Under the pieces are notes generated by a model. It made no database searches, had not been told where the DNA came from, and was given only the letters and a program-made list of their open reading frames with translations. A stretch of 64,000 bases of DNA from Crocinitomix catalasitica ATCC 23190 (GTDB lineage: Bacteria > Bacteroidota > Bacteroidia > Flavobacteriales_D > Crocinitomicaceae), in the NCBI RefSeq assembly GCF_000621625.1, contig NZ_JHXV01000009.1, positions 8,999-72,998 on the forward strand. The letters are read 5' to 3'. The translations under genes were made by a program, and so were the position numbers. Each line of letters starts with the position of its first letter. Within the stretch, counting starts at the first letter, position 1. Below are positions 59,730-64,000 of this stretch, piece after piece.

Positions 59730-61088
59730 ATGAATGAAAATAGCTTTTTAGTATTTGTGGTTGAAGATAATGAATGGTACAATAAATTATTGGTCCATAG
59801 TTTGTCGCTGAATCCCAGTTTTATAGTGAAAAGTTTTATGGATGGTAAATCTATGTTAGCTGAAATTGGTCAAAATCCAGCAGCAATAACTGTAGATTAT
59901 AATTTACCTGATATGAATGGTATTGAATTAATACAAAAGGTTAAAAAAATCAATCCAGCGATAGAGATTGTCGCTATTTCTGAACAAGAAGAGATTGAAA
60001 CGGCGCTTAAACTTCTCAAAGCTGGTGCTTATGATTACTTGGTTAAATCGAAAGATATCAAAGAAAGATTGCTTCATACAATTCAACATATTTATAAAAA
60101 CACCGACCTTAAAAACACGATTCAATCCTTGCAAAAAGAGGTTGCCAATAAATATACTTTTGAAAAAACCATCATAGGTCAAAGTGATGCGATCAAAAAA
60201 GTATACAACTTAATTGACAAAGCCACTCAAACAAATATTACGGTAACGCTAACTGGAGAAACAGGAACAGGAAAGGAAGTTGTTGCAAAGGCTATCCATT
60301 TTAACTCTAATCGAAAATCGGCTCCATTTATAGCCATCAACATGGCTGCCATACCAAGTGATTTATTGGAAAGCGAATTATTTGGTCATGAAAAAGGTGC
60401 CTTTACAGGTGCTTCAATGCAAAGAAAAGGGAAATTTGAGGAAGCCAATAACGGTACTTTATTTCTTGATGAGATTGGTGAGATGGATTTAAATGCACAG
60501 GTAAAACTACTAAGAGCATTACAAGAAAAAGAAATCACAAGAGTTGGATCGAACGTCACAATTCCAACGAATTGTAGGATAATAGTCGCAACCAATAGGA
60601 ATTTAATCGAAGACGTTAAGGAAGGGAAATTTAGAGAAGATTTATATTATAGATTATTCGGACTCCCTATTCATTTACCGCCATTAAGAGAACGAGATAA
60701 TGATGTATTAATACTATCTCAACACTTCTTGAAATTATTCTGTAAAGAGAATGATATTGAGGTTAAGAAGTTAGACTCAACTGCTAAACAAAAATTAAGT
60801 CGTTATGTCTGGCCTGGAAATATCCGAGAATTAAAATCAATTATAGAATTAGCATGTGTGATATCTAATTCGAATGTGATTTTTGACGAAGACATTCAAT
60901 TGGCAACCAATAAAGATCTATTACCTGATTTAATGGTTGAAGAGATCAGTATGCGTGAATACAATCAAAGAATTGTTTTAGCACTCATGAAAAAGTATAA
61001 TAACGATACCAAATTGGTCGCTCAAAAGTTAGATATAGGTCAAACGACAGTTTATAGATTGATCAACGAAACGAAAGAGGAAGTATAA
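59730..61088 (+). CDS. Sigma-54-dependent Fis-family (NtrC-like) response regulator
   Basis: Receiver domain (phospho-Asp in TVDYNLPDMNG). AAA+ sigma-54-interaction domain (Walker A GETGTGKEV, GAFTGA loop in EKGAFTGA, Walker B LFLDEIGEM). C-terminal helix-turn-helix. Confidence 0.85.
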   Translation: MNENSFLVFVVEDNEWYNKLLVHSLSLNPSFIVKSFMDGKSMLAEIGQNPAAITVDYNLPDMNGIELIQKVKKINPAIEIVAISEQEEIETALKLLKAGAYDYLVKSKDIKERLLHTIQHIYKNTDLKNTIQSLQKEVANKYTFEKTIIGQSDAIKKVYNLIDKATQTNITVTLTGETGTGKEVVAKAIHFNSNRKSAPFIAINMAAIPSDLLESELFGHEKGAFTGASMQRKGKFEEANNGTLFLDEIGEMDLNAQVKLLRALQEKEITRVGSNVTIPTNCRIIVATNRNLIEDVKEGKFREDLYYRLFGLPIHLPPLRERDNDVLILSQHFLKLFCKENDIEVKKLDSTAKQKLSRYVWPGNIRELKSIIELACVISNSNVIFDEDIQLATNKDLLPDLMVEEISMREYNQRIVLALMKKYNNDTKLVAQKLDIGQTTVYRLINETKEEV

Positions 61089-61522
61089 CCTCAAAAGGTG
61101 AAATCTCCGTCCAATTCCGTTTTCTGTTTTTTCAAAAATTAGTCGTTATTTTCATTTTGAAAAAATAAAATGTAGTATTTTTTTACTCAACACCTTAATA
61201 ATCAGCCACCCTAATAAAACTTACCCTTTTGGTATATAATTCGCTATTGATAGCTGTGATAAGATAATCTTATCTACCTATAAACAAACAATAGGACTGT
61301 AACTATTTAAAACCTACAGCGTAAATTGAATTATTAACAAAATTATTGAAGGCAAAAATATGGTGATATAAAATTTTAGGAATATGTGAATTTGAATTAA
61401 TCAATGTTGTAAAACGAGAAACATTAACCGATTAATACTTTTCATTTTGTCGACGAATAAGTATTGATTATTTCAAATTAATTCAAGAGATACGACAAAA
61501 ACATTATAAGACAATCAAGAGT

Positions 61523-61595
61523 CGCATAGTTAGGGTCTATGCGGTTAAATAGCGGCAGCACCTTCGGAATCGAGTCGAAGGTGCTGTTATTTTAT
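61523..61595 (+). terminator. Tandem hairpins. A 7-bp stem-loop (CGCATAG/CTATGCG) followed by a 10-bp stem-loop (AGCACCTTCG/CGAAGGTGCT) and a U-rich tail. This is a terminator-like element in an otherwise gene-free 560-bp region.
   Basis: Seen directly. It lies about 435 nt from the nearest upstream plus-strand gene end (61088) and 60 nt before the next start (61653). Confidence 0.5.
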
Positions 61596-61652
61596 ACAAA
61601 AACTCTATTTCACCCAATTGGGTGATCACTTATTCAACTCCTTATCATACAT

Positions 61653-62036
61653 TTGAATCGAACAAAAATAAAATGTATGAAAAATTTAATCTCAATAATT
61701 TTCTATTTCTTCTTGGTTAATATTTCTTTTGGCCAAGAAAAAGCTATTCAATTGACCGAAAAAAATTACAAAGGAGAATTCAAGGAATGGGCCATTTTAA
61801 AAGATAAAAAAATATACCTTAACGATATTTATTATTTGATTAATGTTAAAGAGTATTTATTGTTAATTCCAAAATCACAGGAACCAAACGAAGTTAAAAT
61901 CACAAGTAACTTTTTAAGTTCTGGACATACAACTGGATCAAATTTAAAATTAGGTACACCTATCTATAAATTCGAATTTGATAAAAAAAGTGAAAGTATG
62001 TTTACACTACAAGGCTATTACAATGAAAATAAGTAG
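61653..62036 (+). CDS. Hypothetical secreted protein
   Basis: 127 aa with a signal peptide-like N-terminus. Confidence 0.3.
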   Translation: MNRTKIKCMKNLISIIFYFFLVNISFGQEKAIQLTEKNYKGEFKEWAILKDKKIYLNDIYYLINVKEYLLLIPKSQEPNEVKITSNFLSSGHTTGSNLKLGTPIYKFEFDKKSESMFTLQGYYNENK

Positions 62037-62039
62037 TTG

Positions 62040-63500
62040 CTAATCAATTTTCGCCTGCGTTTGCAATCCTTTTTTGATTTTGTTTTTCGGATATTTGATA
62101 TCTAACATCACAATAATCGCTGTAAAACCCCATACTGGTATGGTAGCCTTGTCGGTATCTAAATAGTTATTTAAAATACCATGTGCGAAATACGTTATCA
62201 GTCCTAAAATAATGGTCAACAACAGCGTTTTTAATGGTCCTTCAGGTAATCTTAGGTATAATGTGATACCGATATAAAGAATATAAATCACAAGCATTAT
62301 AATCAATAACATCCCGATTAAACCTTGTTCCGATAATGGTCCTAAGTATTCTGAATGGGCATTGCCTAAAATTCCAGCATTTGTTGAGATCACTGTTTTA
62401 GAGGATGACAATTGGAACGGCGCATAAACCATTGCATAGGTTCCAGGTCCCCAGCCTACAATTGGTCGTTCTTCCCATAAACGAATAGCACTCCCCCACC
62501 TATTTAGTCTTTCTAAGTTAGATGCATCCGTACTAATATTTGCCATCGACTCAATTCGTTCATCAATATTATCAGTCGCATGTTCCGATTGGTTCCGCTC
62601 TAAATTATGCATGATAGCTGTCCATGAAAAAGCGATGTATACAATTCCCATCACACCTATTCCTGCAAGGTATTTAAAATGGATTTTAAAGCGGAATAAT
62701 AAATAAACCAAGAATGCACCGACTAAACTTAACCATGCTGCACGGGTATAACTTAAAGCTATTGCAATGGCAAAAAGTAGAATTAAAGTAATTAGAATAA
62801 GCCTTACAAGTGGACCATTTTTTTTTGCGAATAGCAATCCAAACAACACAGGATAAATCAATGCTAAAATCGCACCATAGGAGGTATGATCTTTAAAAAA
62901 TGGAGACATTACCCAGTGCCCACTCGCTTCATTAAATCCATAACTAGCATGATTTATTAATGTATACAGCACAACAATTGTCAATCCAAAAATAAAGAGC
63001 CAGATAAATCTAAAAATGTTTTTTTCGTCCTTAAAGAAAAGATATCCAAAGAAGTAAATTGGAATAATAAACCACATTTTCATCAATAAAAACTTGAACG
63101 ATACAATTGGATATTCACTGGTCATTGCAGTAATGAAAATCCATAATAATTGAAAAATAAATAGAATTGTAATTGGATGTTTAAAAAAGGCAGATTCAAA
63201 TAGGTTTGATTTCAATTGTTTAAAGAAAATAATCAATAGAACCCCAAATAAAAGTGGTTCAGTTGGTACAAATAACCCAACATTTGCACTGACATAATTC
63301 TCTATATTGAACGAAAGTGGTGTAAAAAAAACAATAAATAAAAACAATTTATCGAGGTGATAAAAAGCAGTGTATATCAATATTAGTCCAAGCGGAACGG
63401 CGTTAAGAAAAATTTCACCTTGCGCCATCAAGTACATATTCGCAGTCAAAAAAAGGACTGCAAATAAGTAAAACCAACGCATATTTAGTAAAACTTTCAA
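62040..63500 (-). CDS. O-antigen ligase (Wzy_C) family polytopic membrane protein
   Basis: 486 aa, at least 10 TM helices, and a periplasmic loop containing the Wzy_C-type segment LSYTRAAWLSLVGAFLVYLL. Confidence 0.55.
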   Translation of the reverse strand: MKVLLNMRWFYLFAVLFLTANMYLMAQGEIFLNAVPLGLILIYTAFYHLDKLFLFIVFFTPLSFNIENYVSANVGLFVPTEPLLFGVLLIIFFKQLKSNLFESAFFKHPITILFIFQLLWIFITAMTSEYPIVSFKFLLMKMWFIIPIYFFGYLFFKDEKNIFRFIWLFIFGLTIVVLYTLINHASYGFNEASGHWVMSPFFKDHTSYGAILALIYPVLFGLLFAKKNGPLVRLILITLILLFAIAIALSYTRAAWLSLVGAFLVYLLFRFKIHFKYLAGIGVMGIVYIAFSWTAIMHNLERNQSEHATDNIDERIESMANISTDASNLERLNRWGSAIRLWEERPIVGWGPGTYAMVYAPFQLSSSKTVISTNAGILGNAHSEYLGPLSEQGLIGMLLIIMLVIYILYIGITLYLRLPEGPLKTLLLTIILGLITYFAHGILNNYLDTDKATIPVWGFTAIIVMLDIKYPKNKIKKGLQTQAKID

Positions 63501-63507
63501 AACGAAA

Positions 63508-64000
63508 TTAATTGATTGCGCGAAGTTCTTTTACTTTCTCTATTCCTAATAAAATGAAGATTGCCATAATAAAAGCTGAAAAAGTTGCCAATAAAACAAT
63601 TATTGCTCTTTTTGGTTTGGCTTTTTTGTCTGGCTCTTCCGCTAAACTATGTCGAATAGTTTGTTGAATTTCTGTTTTAGCATATTGATGTACCTGATCA
63701 TTTACATCAAGAATATTTGTATACCGCACACTAAATCCATTTACTAAATTGGTATAAGTGTCATATTCTGATGCGTATTTTTGCGTCGCATTAATTTTTC
63801 GTTTAATCTCTTCAGCTAATTCCTTCCCACTAGAACCTGATTTTAATGCCTCCATATAATCAGCATACATATTACCACGTTCATCAACACTTACAACGCC
63901 CGAATCGCCTAACGACTTTAATTTCTCAGAATAATCCCCCATCTCTCTTCTTATTAGATCCACTTCATATTCAACTGCGAATTTTGGACCTTGCGCTCTT
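63508..64000 (-). CDS. Polysaccharide chain-length-determinant-like protein, C-terminal part. The 5' end lies beyond the window edge.
   Basis: The frame stays open through 64000. The C-terminal TM helix (KRAIIVLLATFSAFIMAIFILLGI) is typical of Wzz/GumC-type proteins. It sits directly upstream of the O-antigen-ligase-like gene. Assignment is tentative. Confidence 0.35.
   Translation of the reverse strand, partial: RAQGPKFAVEYEVDLIRREMGDYSEKLKSLGDSGVVSVDERGNMYADYMEALKSGSSGKELAEEIKRKINATQKYASEYDTYTNLVNGFSVRYTNILDVNDQVHQYAKTEIQQTIRHSLAEEPDKKAKPKRAIIVLLATFSAFIMAIFILLGIEKVKELRAIN

Noticed and set aside
1-64000. Whole-window scan for CRISPR arrays, rRNA or tRNA genes, and transposases or integrases
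   Set aside because: No regularly spaced direct repeats, no tRNA-like cloverleaf signatures and no DDE/tyrosine-recombinase-like ORFs were seen. The window appears to be core chromosome rather than a mobile island.

Overview
This looks like chromosomal DNA from a low-GC Bacteroidota, probably Flavobacteriia or Sphingobacteriia. Three things point that way: a giant protein with a C-terminal type IX secretion sorting domain, a TAnnTTTG -7 promoter box just upstream of at least one start codon, and many lipoproteins. The window is densely coding, with about 65 genes. I found no rRNA, tRNA, CRISPR array, transposase or integrase. Uncertain 5' gene ends and TTG/GTG-versus-ATG start calls are given per feature.

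Read from left to right, the window contains:
1. The 3' part of an aryl-polyene/flexirubin-type type II fatty-acid-synthase-like pigment cluster (1..8187). It has a flavin-dependent halogenase carrying the WxWxIP motif, a FabH/DarB-like ketoacyl-ACP synthase III, a BtrH_N-like protein, an ABC-2 exporter, an acyl carrier protein, and a ketosynthase with a chain-length-factor-like partner.
2. A MutS2-family ATPase that lacks the Smr domain.
3. A SulP anion transporter with a beta-carbonic anhydrase and a DUF2490 protein, all on the minus strand.
4. A co-directional oxidative-damage island under an AraC-type regulator. It runs msrB, DUF427, msrA, an alpha/beta-hydrolase-OsmC fusion, then a two-gene ergothioneine pathway (EgtB-like sulfoxide synthase plus EgtD histidine methyltransferase).
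5. A DUF1987 (SiaC-like) gene next to an internally duplicated GHKL (SiaB-like) ATPase gene.
6. An ECF sigma factor with a membrane anti-sigma candidate.
7. A small YD-repeat secreted protein.
8. An NfeD and flotillin pair.
9. The cydAB cytochrome bd oxidase genes.
10. A GNAT-like gene interrupted by an in-frame TAA.
11. An orphan HWE/HisKA_2-type histidine kinase.
12. A J-domain and KTSC fusion protein.
13. A 731-aa B12-binding radical SAM enzyme followed by an unknown partner.
14. A TPR protein with an AraC-type helix-turn-helix.
15. An S9 peptidase.
16. A 1485-aa type IX secretion cargo protein, transcribed divergently from a hybrid histidine kinase (with Hpt) and a sigma-54 NtrC-type activator.
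17. An O-antigen-ligase-like gene and a chain-length-determinant-like gene at the right edge.

The most unusual parts are the minimal ergothioneine pathway embedded in an Msr/OsmC redox-repair operon, the duplicated SiaB-like/SiaC-like pair, the oversized B12 radical SAM locus, a shared cysteine module on two lipoproteins, and a poly-Asp mini-protein.
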